A stretch of DNA of 64,000 nt from Felis catus (Eukaryota): NCBI RefSeq assembly GCF_018350175.1, contig NC_058368.1:112160001-112224000 (forward strand), read 5' to 3'. Positions within the stretch are counted from its first letter, which is position 1. Each line of letters opens with the position of its first letter. Shown here one piece after another: positions 51,110-62,680 of this stretch. Under the pieces are notes generated by a model. The model was not told the DNA's origin. It made no database searches and saw only the letters and a list, made by a program, of their open reading frames with translations. The translations under genes were made by a program, and so were the position numbers.

Positions 51110-51450
51110 TGATTCTTTCAATGGGTATTCATTGACACTTTCTGTGTCAGGTAATGGGAATGAGAGACACATTTCCTATCTTTATGGTGGGGATAATACA
51201 TTAGTAAAGATACGCTCTGTATAGGACACCGGTGAGGAGATGTGGTAGGGACTGTGGGTAGAAGTGGAGGCCGGAAGCCAACTTGGAGGGAATTGTCAGG
51301 GAAGGCCCTTCCCAGGAAGAGGCACGAGTGTCGAGACCCAGCAGATACCTGGGCATCTTCCCAGATCTGGGGGTAGAGCATTCGGGCAGGGGGAAGCAGC
51401 AAGTGCAAAGGCCCTGAGGTGGACTGTTGAGTGAATTACAGGAACAGAAA
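51110..51450. mobile_element. L2 fragment
   Basis: gtcagggaaggccctt...agagcattcgggcagggggaagcagcaagtgcaaaggccctgaggtgg. Confidence 0.8.
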
Positions 51451-52479
51451 GAAGACTGATGGGAGCAGTTTTCTTCAGGTTCAGGATTGGTACTGTTTCA
51501 AGCAACGAGAGAGCCGACCCAGTGGGATTGTTGGCCTTCTCAATACAGAGCATCCACTTGGACTGTATTCTGCCTTTGCCTCCATCAGTCACTACTGTTT
51601 TCCCCTCCTGCCTGTGTTTGCATGCTGCAGGGAGTGGCGTGTGGCTGGTGCTCTCATGCAAACAGTAGCTCCTCTAAAAGGCAGCGCTCCCTCCCATCTC
51701 TCAGTACCCTCGATCTGATGGTTTGTTTACATCTGATAGCTGTGTCCTCATTAGAGCCAATTAACGTGGCATTTCTTGGACCTCGTAAAAGTAATAAATC
51801 ATGTTGTGTTTACCTTTTGGTTACTAGGCAGAGTGCTAGGGTTTGCAAAACAAAACAAAACAAAAACCAAAAAACCCCTGCCTGTGGTTATTTAATTGGA
51901 GAAAGCTGCTCTTGTTGCGGACTCAGCTAAACGGGCCATTTGCTCTGGAAGGGACAGCCCTGAGCCAGCCGCACCTACTCATTTGCTGGTTGCTGATGGA
52001 CACTGACTCCAGACCGCACCTGGGAAGAGACAGTGCCACGGTTTTATCCTGCCCGTGGGCTGGGTTGGTCCAGGTGCGTGTTACAGTGAGGTCTGCTGCT
52101 GGGATCTGGCCCTACCAGGACAGGGGTGCCGGGCTGGCTCGGCCCACCGGCCCAGACTGACTAGGGAGAACCCCTGCCACCCTGGCTCGTTTCCTCCCCT
52201 TCCCCTAAGGACCGCCAACAGGACAGGGGGAGGCTGTGCCTTCAGAAGCTCAGAGGAGCCTGACAGACTGTTGGGGACCCCGCCATTGCCCTCATTCTTG
52301 CCACCCTGTTGTCACTTGGATGCTGAGGCACTCCTGGGCACACACAGTCTGCCCCATCTGGGCTCCCTACTGGATGCGAGGCCTTCGATGAAGCCCCAAG
52401 CAGCACAGCACACAGGCCCATTTCTGCCAGTTTTCTGGGGACAGTCTCATCTCTGTCCTTTTTATTCTCACGACACTTT

Positions 52480-52876
52480 AATTTTTTTTAATTATTGTTT
52501 TAATGGTTTCAGGAGTGGAATTTAGTGATTCATCACTTACAGATAACACCCAGTGCTCATCCCAGCAAGTGCTCTCATCAGTGCCCATCACCCATGTAAC
52601 CCATCCCCCTACCCACCTCCCCTCCAGCAGCCCTCAGTTTGTTCTCTGTATTCAAGAGTCTCTTCTGGTTTGCCTCCCTCTCTGTTTTTATCTTATTTTT
52701 CCCTCCCTTCCCCTATGTTCATCCGTTTTGTTTCTTAAAGTCCACATAGGAATGAAATTATATGATATTTGTCTTTCTCTGCCCGACTTATTTTGGTTAG
52801 CATAATACATTCTGGTTCCATCCGCGTTGTTGCAAATGGCAAGATTTCATTCTTTTTGGTTGCCGAGGAATACTCC

Positions 52877-52922
<46 letters not shown>

Positions 52923-53196
52923 CGCGCGCGTATACACCACATCTTCTTTATCCATTCATCTGTCGATGGACATTTGGGCTCTTTCCATACTGTGGCTATT
53001 GTTGATAGCACTGCTATTAAACATTGGGGTGCATGTGCCCAATATTTGTATCCTTTGGATACAAAATCAGCATTTTTGTATCCTTTGGATACATACCTAG
53101 TAGTGCCTTTGCTGGGTTGTAGTTAGCTCTGTTTTTAATTTTTTGAGGAACTTCCATACTGCTCTCCGGAGTGGCTGTACCAGTTTACATTCCCCC
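52480..53196 (-). mobile_element. 5'-truncated carnivore L1 3' end
   Basis: Homologous to 39779-40470 (tttcaggagt, aacacccagtgctcatccc, gcaaatggcaagatttcattcttttt, gatggacatttgggctctttccata). Confidence 0.95.
52879..52930. repeat. (TG)18(CG)8 compound microsatellite
   Basis: Direct count: TG 52879-52914, CG 52915-52930. Confidence 0.95.
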
Positions 53197-53199
53197 TAA

Positions 53200-54740
53200 T
53201 GAAACTTTTAATTTTGAGATCACTATAGATTCACATGCAGTTTTAAGGAATAATACAGAGAGACCCTGCATACCCTTTACCCAGCTTCTTCCAGTGGTAA
53301 CATCTTGGAAAACTATTGTGCAAGACCACAAGGATCTTGACCTTGATAGTCAAAATACAGACATTTCTGTCACCACACAGGATCCCCCATGTGTCCCCTT
53401 TATAGTCATACCCGCCTCCCTCTTGCTTCTAGCCCTCCTTAACTATTTGCAACCACTAAATGTCTCCATTTCTGTAAGTTGGTCATTTCAAGAATGTTAC
53501 AGAGAAGGAAGCACACAGGACATAACCTTTTAGCATTGGCTTTTTCCACTTAGCATAATTCCCTGAGCATCATCCAGATGGTTGTGCATGTCAGTGGTTC
53601 TTTCCTTTTTACTGGTGAGTAGTTTTCCGAGGTATGGACATACCACAGTCTAACCTTTTACCCATTGAAGAGAATCCATGTTGTTTCCAGTTTTCGGTTC
53701 CTATGAATGTGACTGCTACATACACTCTTCTATAGATTTTGGTTTCATTTCTCTGGGATAAATGCACAGGAGTGCCATTGCTGGGTTCTCTGGTAGTTGC
53801 ATGTTTCGTTTTTCAAGAGACCATTTTCATGAGTGAATGTCCTCTTTTACTTTCTCACCAGCAATGTATGAGTGAGTGATCCAGTTTCCGAACATCTTCA
53901 CCAGCCTTTCGTGTTGTCACTATTTTTTATTTTCCCTATTCTGACGGATGTTTAGCGGTATCTCATCGTGATGCAACTTACATTTTCATAATGGCTAATA
54001 ATGTTGAACATCTTTTCCTATGCTTATTGGTCATATGAATGAGGTGTCCTTTTCCTAGTTGGACTCTCTGGGTTTTTTTACTGCTTGGTTTTGCAAGTTA
54101 TTTACATGGTCTAGATACTGGTCCTGTGTCCCATGTGTGCTTTGCAACTATTTTCTCCCACTCTGTAACTTGTTTTTTAGCCTCTTGCAGAGTCTTTTTC
54201 TGAGCACAAGTTCTTAATGGAGTCTAGTTTATCAATTTTTCCTTTTATGTATTGTGCTTTTGATGTTATAGCTGAGAAATATTCCCTGGCCCTAAAGAGT
54301 TTCTCCTAGTTTTTCTTTTCCTAAAAATTTTATAGTTTTACATTTTACATCTAAGTTTGTGATCTGTTCTGAGTTAATTTTCACATAAGGTATAAGACAG
54401 GTTGAGGATAGTTTTTCCCCCCACAGATGGCCAATTTCTCTGGCACCATTTGTTGAAAATACTATCTTCTCTCTGTTGATTTGCTTTTACACTTTTATCA
54501 AAAGTCAGGCCTACTTGTGTGGATCTTTTTCTGGGTATCCCTGCGTCTCCACCTATCCCACATAATCTTGACTGCTGTAGGTACACATTAAATCTTGAAA
54601 TCAGGTAGAATGATTCTTTCCATTTTAGTCTTTTTCAAAAACTATGCTAGCCATTCTAGTTCCTTTGTCTTTCCGTATATATTTTAGAATCATCTTACCT
54701 ATATCTACAAGATATCTTGCTGGCATTTTGATAGGAATTT
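53200..54740 (-). mobile_element. Older L1MC-like 3' UTR and ORF2 fragment
   Basis: agattcacatgcagttttaaggaataatacagagagaccc (antisense of the 44530-45030 type), then ORF2-derived ggcaccatttgttgaaaatactatc and attttagaatcatcttacctatatctaca. Confidence 0.9.
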
Positions 54741-54847
54741 GGGGTTCTGTCTTTTTTTTTAAATGTAACTTTTCTATAGCTAGCATGTATTTTGTGTAGT
54801 ATTTTTTACAAGTTGAAAATAAAAAATTAGCAAAAAGAGAACTGAGA

Positions 54848-54854
<7 letters not shown>

Positions 54855-54890
<36 letters not shown>
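54855..54890. repeat. (TA)18 microsatellite
   Basis: Pure TA run. Confidence 0.95.
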
Positions 54891-54895
<5 letters not shown>

Positions 54896-54920
54896 AGACC
54901 GTTTCTTAACAAGCTGTCTT

Positions 54921-55134
54921 GGGGCTCCTGGGTGGCTCAGTCAGTGAGGCATCCGACTTTAACTCAGATCATGATCTCGAGGTCCATGGGTTCGAGGAAT
55001 GGGTCGAGCTGTATGACAGCTCAGAGCCTGAAGACGGCTTCAGATGGTGTCTCCCTCTCTCTCTGCCCCTCCCCAGCTGGCACTCTGTCTCTCTTTCTCT
55101 CAAAATTAAATAAACATTAACATTTTTTTTAAAA
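54921..55134 (+). mobile_element. CAN-SINE (diverged)
   Basis: ggggctcctgggtggctcagtc head; short flanking repeat aacaagct. Confidence 0.93.
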
Positions 55135-55430
55135 AACAAGCTTTTACTTAATATATTAAGACTCGTTTTTGTATGGCAACAGATGCATTTCTATGTTATA
55201 ATTTTTAATTGTTTCATAATATTTACTCGTGTGGATACATTAGCATTTATCTGACCAATCCCTCGCTACTGGATATTTGGGAGTTCTCTTAAAAATTATT
55301 TTTTATTTACTTTTCCCTGTTGTAACCAACACTGTGCTAAATATGTTAAAAAGCCATATCTCTGTAAGTACCCTCAGTCATTTCCTTGGAAAAAAATTCT
55401 TGAGTAAAATAGCCGGCATCTTCTTGATTC

Positions 55431-55482
55431 TTATGTGTTTTTTGAGTTTTTCAAGAGAGCGAGCTTGAGAATGAGCAGGTCA

Positions 55483-55526
<44 letters not shown>

Positions 55527-55644
55527 ATCTCAAGCAGGCTCCACACTCAGTGCAGAGCCTGGATGCAGGGCTGAATCCCACAACCCTGGGATGGTGACCT
55601 GAGCAGAAATCAAGAGTCAACACTCAGCCGACTGAGCCACCCAG
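55431..55644 (-). mobile_element. CAN-SINE with (GA)n expansion
   Basis: gaatctcaagcaggctccacactcagtgcagagcc...gaaatcaagagtc...gactgagccaccca. Confidence 0.92.
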
Positions 55645-56465
55645 TTCTTCGGTTTTTCTGATCACGGATGGAGATCCAGTTGCTTGAACGGAGTCTGATG
55701 TTTGGTTATTAGCTGAAAAAAGGCAAACCACTTTCTGCCTCTGGCTTGCCTACCACCTGGGCTTGCCCTCACCCTCACCTGGACCAAAACTTGGGTGCAG
55801 GCATCCTACAGATGGGAGATCCAAGTTCTCTTCTGCTTTTTAACTATCTTGGAGGCTCTCCCTGTGGTTGAGAGCTCTAAGGCCTGTTTCTAACCCCAGA
55901 TGTAAAACAGATGGGAAATGGACCCTGTGCCTTGCTCTTAGGAGATTTCCCCCGCACCCCTACATTTGCCTAGTGATTCTCTGAGAGCTGTTCTCCCTTT
56001 CTGGAAAAAGGTACATGGGGACTCATGGGGCCTTCCACCTCCACCGTCGCTTAAAAAAGCCTCTCTCCTCCACCCTGAGTAGCGTGTGACTATTTTAAGA
56101 AAAATTCTTTAAGGGCTTCAAAGAGTAATAAGATAGTCTTCCGGGATGACTATTAAAATTCTTGAATACATTTAAGGGATTTACATTTTCAAAGAGAGAA
56201 TGTTTTCTGTTTGATGTTGAAAAAAGATGATTTTTTTTCCATCCCTGTGAATTTAAATAATTTGCTTGACTTTCTGGTGGAATAACCACAGTATTCTTAC
56301 ATTCTGGATGCAGCATTTGTTAGGATTCTCCATGACTGACTGCAGGGAGATTGTGTGTATAAATGATTTTGAAATATGTTTTCAAACCAACAGCCATCTG
56401 TAAGTTGTCAGCTTAAAAAAAATGGCATCTTCCTCGCATAGAGAAATCTCATTTGAGAGAAATAG

Positions 56466-56467
<2 letters not shown>

Positions 56468-56515
<48 letters not shown>
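56468..56515. repeat. (CA)n microsatellite
   Basis: Pure CA run. Confidence 0.95.
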
Positions 56516-56517
<2 letters not shown>

Positions 56518-56783
56518 CAGAAATACCAGTTTGAAATGATCTTTAATGATGAGCCAATGGAGACCTTTCAGAAGAAATGGAATCAGTCTTCCCCCTTGTG
56601 GATAACTAGGAAAATGCCTATTTTCCCTGCTAAAAGTTACATGTAAGAGTCTTGAGGGAACCATAGGGTATATGATGTTTTTCTATCTCATTTAAAAGTA
56701 ATTTTAAGTATATTTTATCTAAAATTTGTGGTAAAGTGACAAAATATCTCTGTAATAGGTAATTGGCTTTATGACTAGAATTT

Positions 56784-57012
56784 AATTTTTTTAATTTTAA
56801 AAAATGTTTATTTCTTTATTTTGACAGAGAGAGAGAGAGAGAGAGAGTAGTCAGGGGAGGGGCAGAGAGAGAAGGAGACAGAGAATCCCAAGCAACCTCC
56901 ACACTGTCAGCGCAGAGCCAACCCAGGGCTCGAACTCACGAACTTTGAGATCATGACCTGAGCCAAAAATCAAGAGTCAGATGCTTAGCTGACTGAGCCA
57001 CCCAGGCATCCC
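56784..57012 (-). mobile_element. CAN-SINE
   Basis: Core sequence; TSD atgactagaattt / atgactagcattt (56771-56783 / 57013-57025). Confidence 0.95.
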
Positions 57013-57069
57013 ATGACTAGCATTTTAAAATGAAACACAGAAAATATAAGTACAAGGGGTAGTGTGAGA

Positions 57070-57319
57070 CATATATATTTTTATATATAATAGAATGTTT
57101 ATATTATATGTATATTCATATATACATACACATATATACATATGTATATATGTATACATATATGTATACATATATACATATAAACAGGGAACTCTAAATT
57201 TTTATATATAAATATAAAATTTTATGTATGTATACATATATGTATATATATGTGTATATATATGTGTGTGTGTATATATGTATATGTATATATATATAAA
57301 ATTTTAGAGTTCCCTGTTT
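57070..57319. repeat. TA/TATG low-complexity tract with a 29-bp inverted repeat
   Basis: aaacagggaactctaaatttttatatata (57182-57210) vs tatatataaaattttagagttccctgttt (57291-57319), one mismatch. Confidence 0.9.
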
Positions 57320-57357
57320 CACATGCCCAGAGTATTGGCAACAGGTAAGTCAGTCTT

Positions 57358-57597
57358 TTTTTAAAGTTTTTATTATTATTTTTAAAATATTTTTTAATTT
57401 GTATTTAATTTTGAGAGATTCGAGAGACAGAGTGCAAGCAACAGAGGGGCAGACAGAGGGAGACACAGAATCAGAAGCAGGCTCCAGGTTCTGAGCAGTC
57501 ATCCCAGAGCCGGACTCAGGGCTCGAACTCACAAACCGTGAGATCATGATCTGAGCCAAAGTCAGACGCTAAACCGACTGAGCCACTCAGGCGCCCC
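57358..57597 (-). mobile_element. CAN-SINE (left member of a tandem pair)
   Basis: Core ending gagccactcaggcgcccc; sits directly against the poly-T tail of the next SINE. Confidence 0.95.
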
Positions 57598-57599
57598 TA

Positions 57600-57816
57600 G
57601 TTTTTTTTTTTTTTTTTCCTTAATGTTTATTTATTTTTGAGACAGTGTGTGTAAGTGGGGGAGAGGTGAAGAGAAAGGGAGACACAGTATCGGATGCAGG
57701 CTCCAGGCTCTGAGCTGTCAGCACAGAGCCCGACGCAGGGCTGGATCTCATCAACCGTGAGATCATGACCTGAGCCGAAGTCGGACACTTAACCGACTGA
57801 GCCACCCAGGCATCCC
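57600..57816 (-). mobile_element. CAN-SINE (right member of a tandem pair)
   Basis: Core sequence; one TSD caggtaagtcagtctt (57342-57357 / 57819-57834) flanks both SINEs. Confidence 0.96.
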
Positions 57817-58377
57817 ATCAGGTAAGTCAGTCTTCATGTCTCTATCTGGATCTTGGAAGCTGGGAAGTTTGGGAAGAGCTTTGGGGACTCACAGGTAATG
57901 ATCACCATCATTTGGGAGCAGGCTACTATATGTCAGGCACTATTCTTACCCTTACTGTCTAAATTAAGAAGCGTATGCTGTTCTTGTCCCCAAATGACAG
58001 CTGAGGGATTGGAGACTCGGGCTTTCTTCCCCAAAGTGACACTGTCACGTCATAGAGCTGGGATATAAACACCCACATTTGGATGCATCCGGAGGGTGCA
58101 AGGCAAACTCCCTGCTGGGTACCAGGAGACACCAGAACAGCCCTGGCTGGTAGCTGAAGCAGGTGGCCTGGCTCCTGCCCCTGAGAGATCATGGCCCTTC
58201 TGTCTGTGACACAGCCTGAGGGGCGGGGGCAGAAGAGGGCTGAGCGCCTCACAACCCAAACAAACAGAAAGCAAAGCAAGGTGAGAACCCCTCCGACCCT
58301 TGGCTGAGAGGAAGCCAAAGACTAAGTCTGAGGATGGAGAAGAGCATCTAGAATTTCTAGAGTCCACCTCAGAGGAC

Positions 58378-58684
58378 TTTATAGGCTAAATTGTGTCCCC
58401 TAAAATCCGTGTGTTAAAGCCCTAACCCCTCGCACCTCGGAATGTAACCCTGTTTGGAGATAAGATTTCTTTACAGAGGTAACTAAGGTAAAATGAGGTC
58501 ATTAGGATGGGCCCTATTCTAAGATGCTGGTGTGTTTATAAGAGAGAAGGACATACACACAGAGGGAAGACCGCGCACAGACCAGGGGGAGGCTCAGCCT
58601 CCAGAACTGTGAGAAGATAAAATTTCAGTGTTGAAGCCCCTCAGTCTGGGGTCTTGTGTTAGTTGGGCCTAGGAAGTGAATATA
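58378..58684 (+). mobile_element. MaLR solo LTR (MLT1B-like, internally deleted)
   Basis: aattgtgtcccctaaaatccgtgtgttaaagccctaacccc...gtttggagataag...aaaatgaggtcattaggatgggcccta...cagcctccagaactgtgagaa. Confidence 0.88.
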
Positions 58685-58907
58685 GCACCCCTGGCCACCT
58701 GGGCCGTGTCTTGGGAGAAGGCTGCGGGCTTGCTCAGGCGGGAGCGTTACCCCACGTCAAGAAAAGCACAATAGGGCAACGTGCCAGCTTTTAGGGGCTT
58801 TGCCAAATCCAAGGTGGCTGAGGGGAAATTTGCTTTGCATAGTAGAGAGGCAGCTAGATTGTAAAAGCCCTGGGGCACCAGACTGTATGGTTTGGATTTG
58901 CTTTCTT

Positions 58908-59148
58908 TTTTTTTTTTTATTTAAAAAAAAATTTTTTTTTCAACGTTTATTTATTTTGGGGACAGAGAGAGACAGAGCATGAACGGGGGAGGGGCAGAGA
59001 GAGAGAGAGGGAGACACAGAATCGGAAACAGGCTCCAGGCTCCGAGCCATCAGCCCAGAGCCTGACGCGGGGCTCGAACTCACGGACCGCGAGATCGTGA
59101 CCTGGCTGAAGTCGGACGCTTTAACTGACTGCGCCACCCAGGCGCCCC
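58908..59148 (-). mobile_element. Young CAN-SINE
   Basis: Same diagnostic variants as 45317-45562 (gagccatcagcccag, gatcgtgacctggctg, ctgcgccaccc); exact TSD tggatttgctttctt (58893-58907 / 59149-59163). Confidence 0.98.
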
Positions 59149-59405
59149 TGGATTTGCTTTCTTAAACCAGAGGGACCCACCAAAGGTTTCTGAGCAATGA
59201 AGCAATAGGAAAAAATCAGAATTTTAGGAGGAGATGTCTGGCAACATGTGTGGTTGGCAGGGGAGCATCTGAAGGTCGGAACCAGCTGGAAGGGACTGCA
59301 ATTGTCCAGGATCAGAGTTTTAAGTGTCAGAATGAGCGTGGCTGGAGGTCAGGGTCACATGTAGATCCGGGAGAAGAAATAGCGAATAGGTGACATAGAG
59401 GCCCT

Positions 59406-59424
59406 GGGGCGGGGGCGGGAGGGA

Positions 59425-59457
<33 letters not shown>

Positions 59458-59460
59458 CGG
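59406..59460 (+). repeat. G-rich tract with a G32 homopolymer
   Basis: ggggcgggggcgggagggac followed by G x32 (59426-59457). Confidence 0.85.
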
Positions 59461-60976
59461 TGCAGATGATGCTGATAGGCAAAGAGGTGTGGAGACCAGA
59501 GTGGGCAGGGAGGTGAGGGTGGGAGAGAGCCAGGCTCTCCAGTAAGAGCTACAACACTCTCAGGTGGCCCTGGTACCATTCCTGGGACTGCTGTCTGTAA
59601 ACGCGTGTCTTTGGTTTGCCAGTGTTGTAAAGCAGACGGCCCTTGTTAAGTGAAGGTCTGTCCTGACAACTGCAGACTTATCTGGATTGCACAGAGGGTG
59701 GGTGACATGCTCACCTGGTGGCCTGGCCGAAAGGGGAAAGTAAGCACATCATCAATCCTTGTGGGAAGAGATAAACGACATAAAAAGTACTGGGTTATTA
59801 TTACATCTTGAAAAGGCCCTAGGAAACTTGGCATGCTCCTGCCCTGAGGTGGCTTAGAATATCAACTTTACTGGAGCTTTTCCCTGGAAGACAAAAGAAG
59901 ATGAGGACATCTTGAGAGAGGTCAGAAGACACTAGAAGCCCGGGGGAGGGCTTCCCAGAGGCAGGAGGCGAGTTCCACCCCTGGAGGGACCCTCAGGGCA
60001 TCTATTTCCCCTCCCCCACCCCCCACAGAGCAGCAAACCCTGGGGGCAGCCTCCAGGTGATAAAGGTGTCACTCCTGGCCTGGCCGGAGGAGGAAAGCAC
60101 AAAGAGCCATTTTGGGAGCAGGAGCGCCCAGGGAGCGGACTTTGTTTTTTCCCAGCGAAGAAAACCAGGTGGCAATTGACACAGAATCCGCCTAGTGGTT
60201 GAGCTGCAGACTTTAGTCTGACTTCTCGTCAAGCGTGAGGTCCCCATGTGGCCTCTGCGCCCTGGGCCTTGTCCATGCTTTGTGTCCTCAGCAGGGCCAT
60301 TGCAAGGGCATTTGTTCCTCACGTACATTCCCTGGTGGGACAGAGGCACTCTGCCTGCAGCCTGGGCCCTTGTGCCTCCTGCGGGTGGCTTCGCTGGTCA
60401 CCCCGCCTTCTCAAATCTCTGCTTCCTCATCTGGATTGCCCAGGCAGCCAGCGTACTCCTCCTGGACGACAGGGGCTAAAAGCTCAGGCTGAAGGGCCAT
60501 AGGGACCTGGAACAAGACACTCAGCCACGCTGGCCTCACGTGCCACATCTCCAGAACAGAGATTTGAATCCCTGCCCCCAGGATTGCGAGGGTTACAGGG
60601 GAGGGTATGTTCCAGGTGCTTCCTAGGCACAGTGCTCGGTACCCGGTCCTCGCTCCACGTTCTGTGACTCCAGAAAAGTCAGTCCGCATCTCTGGGCCCC
60701 ATCGTTCCAGCTGGTCCACGAGTGTGGGGATCGAGAGGGGATATGCAGTGAAGCCACAGAAGGCCCATGCCTCGTGAACTGGCGGCAGCCCCCAGGGGAT
60801 GGGTCCCCAGTGGTAGAGGCTCTGCTGAGCCAGATGCTTGCTTGAGCTACAGTTAGAGTAAGTGGCACAGCAGCTGTGAGGAGGGGGCCCTCTAGAAGTC
60901 GCCTGAGACTTCTTGCACGTGGGGAGGAGCACCAACCCCACGAAAGGCCAGAGGGGCTGGCTTTAAACTATATGGA

Positions 60977-61178
60977 GGGGCGCCTGGGCGGCTCAGTTGG
61001 TTGAGCGTCCGACTTTAGCTCAAATCATGATCTCAAAGCTTCGTGAGTTCGAGCCCCGCATCAGGCCCACTGCTCTGAGTGCAGAGCCCGCTTCGGATCC
61101 TCTGTCCCTCTGTGTCTCTACCCCACCCTCACTAGTGCTCTCTCGCGCGCGCAAAAATAAAACATTAAAAAAAAGAAG
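60977..61178 (+). mobile_element. CAN-SINE (diverged)
   Basis: ggggcgcctgggcggctcagttggttgagcgtccgact head, B-box-like gagttcgagccc, A tail. Confidence 0.94.
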
Positions 61179-61585
61179 ACTATACTGAAGGGGACGGGCT
61201 AAGTCCAGCACATATGGAATGAAGAAAGCACATTGTGACGCCTGAGTCCTTTTATGTAAAATGAGTTACAGTCATCCACGTCTACAGAGGCACGTGGACG
61301 CAGGGGCCAAACTGGAAGGGGTGAAGTGTAGTACGTGCGGCCTGGAGCGCAGGTGTTCTCACGTCACCTGTGTGTTTTTGCCGTATCTGATGACAGCTTG
61401 TGATCAGTATGCAAGGAGACTCAGCATTTTATCGAAAAACAGTCTACCTTAGTCTTGTCCCAGGCAGAAATACCTGAAAAATCATGGCTTTGATGGGACA
61501 ATTACATTTTTTCTAATATGCGGTAAATCAAATGTATTTGCTGTTAAAATAAAAACTGATCACATGGTCACCTAAAATAATTTTC

Positions 61586-61677
61586 TTTTTTTTTCTTTTT
61601 TTTTAATATGAAATTTATTGTCAAATTGGTTTCCATACAACACCCAGTGCTCATCCCAGAAGGTGCCCTCCTCAATA
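61586..61677 (-). mobile_element. Extremely 5'-truncated young feline L1 3' end
   Basis: Poly-T then aatatgaaatttattgtcaaattggtttccatacaacacccagtgctcatccc; exact 13-bp TSD taaaataattttc (61573-61585 / 61678-61690). Confidence 0.93.
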
Positions 61678-61699
61678 TAAAATAATTTTCAATGGCAAA

Positions 61700-61925
61700 G
61701 TGATTAAATACTTTGGCCTCAGAATCCGGCTGCCTAAATTTGAATTCCAGCCCTGCCATTTACTGGTGGCCTTTTATTGCCCTCTTTAAACCTCCTTTCC
61801 TTATCTTTACAAAGGGGTAATAATGGTACCTCGCTGATAGGATTCTTAAGAGGACATAAAGTAATCAACAAAAAATGACCAGCATGGGTCCCGGCCTAGA
61901 GTGACCACTGAAATAAATGTGACTA
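61700..61925 (+). mobile_element. MIR SINE
   Basis: tttgaattccagccctgccatttact...tttccttatctttacaaaggggtaataatggtacct. Confidence 0.8.
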
Positions 61926-61939
61926 TTAAAAACTGGTTA

Positions 61940-62680
61940 CAGCGATTTCTGCTTCTAATCACATCGATACTGCTGGTATTAGTTGTTCTCCCACTGTGAA
62001 CAACTAGAAAACTGGATAAAATAGGAAGCCACTATTTGAAGACAGTGGAAAACAGAAAGTTCTGGACAGTGATCTAGGAGGGAAAGGGAACAAATGAAAT
62101 GGGCCCTAACCCTCCCCCCGCCCCCCGGCTTTCTGTCTGATTGAGAATGCAGCGAGAAGGGACACTGGTGCAGACTCCGTGGCCTCTGGCAGTCCAGAAG
62201 GCAGAGATCTATGTTCTAGAGGATGGGAGACTGGAACTTGCATCCGATTCTACTTATGTGAGTTTGGGGAAAGGCAAAACCACAGGGACAGAAAGATTGG
62301 AGGTTAAATAGAGGCGAGAAGGGTTTTCAACTGAAGGACACAGTGAGTGATGCCCTAAGAAGCAGCTTACAGGTGCCCAGTCCGCACCCCTCTTCCCAAC
62401 TGCACATTTAGTGATGCCGTGTCAGCAGTTTGAAACTGGCCAGGGTGGGAGTGTTGACACCAGGGAAATAAGCCAACAGTCAAGGCTCAGTTGTGTTGTC
62501 TTCTTTGTTTGTTTTTGAGAACCGGTTTACCAGCACACCACTGGGCAAAAGGGAATTTGGGGAGTAATTGGACTGGTCTTTATCTTGATTAAGGTGGTGG
62601 TTACTTGATGGGATGATTGGTTAAAATTCATAGATCTGCAAACTATCGAAGGGGTAGATTTTACTAGCTAAAAAAGAAAG
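61940..62680 (+). mobile_element. Ancient L1M fragments (5'-region-like and 3'-UTR-like pieces)
   Basis: aaacaactagaaaactggataaaata..., aaggcaaaaccacagggacagaaag..., ggtggtggttac...aaaattcataga; interrupted by a MER63-like element. Confidence 0.6.
62341..62543 (+). mobile_element. MER63-like (hAT-Blackjack) relic
   Basis: Terminates in tttaccagcacaccactgg; internal ggccagggtgggagtgttgacacca. Confidence 0.8.
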
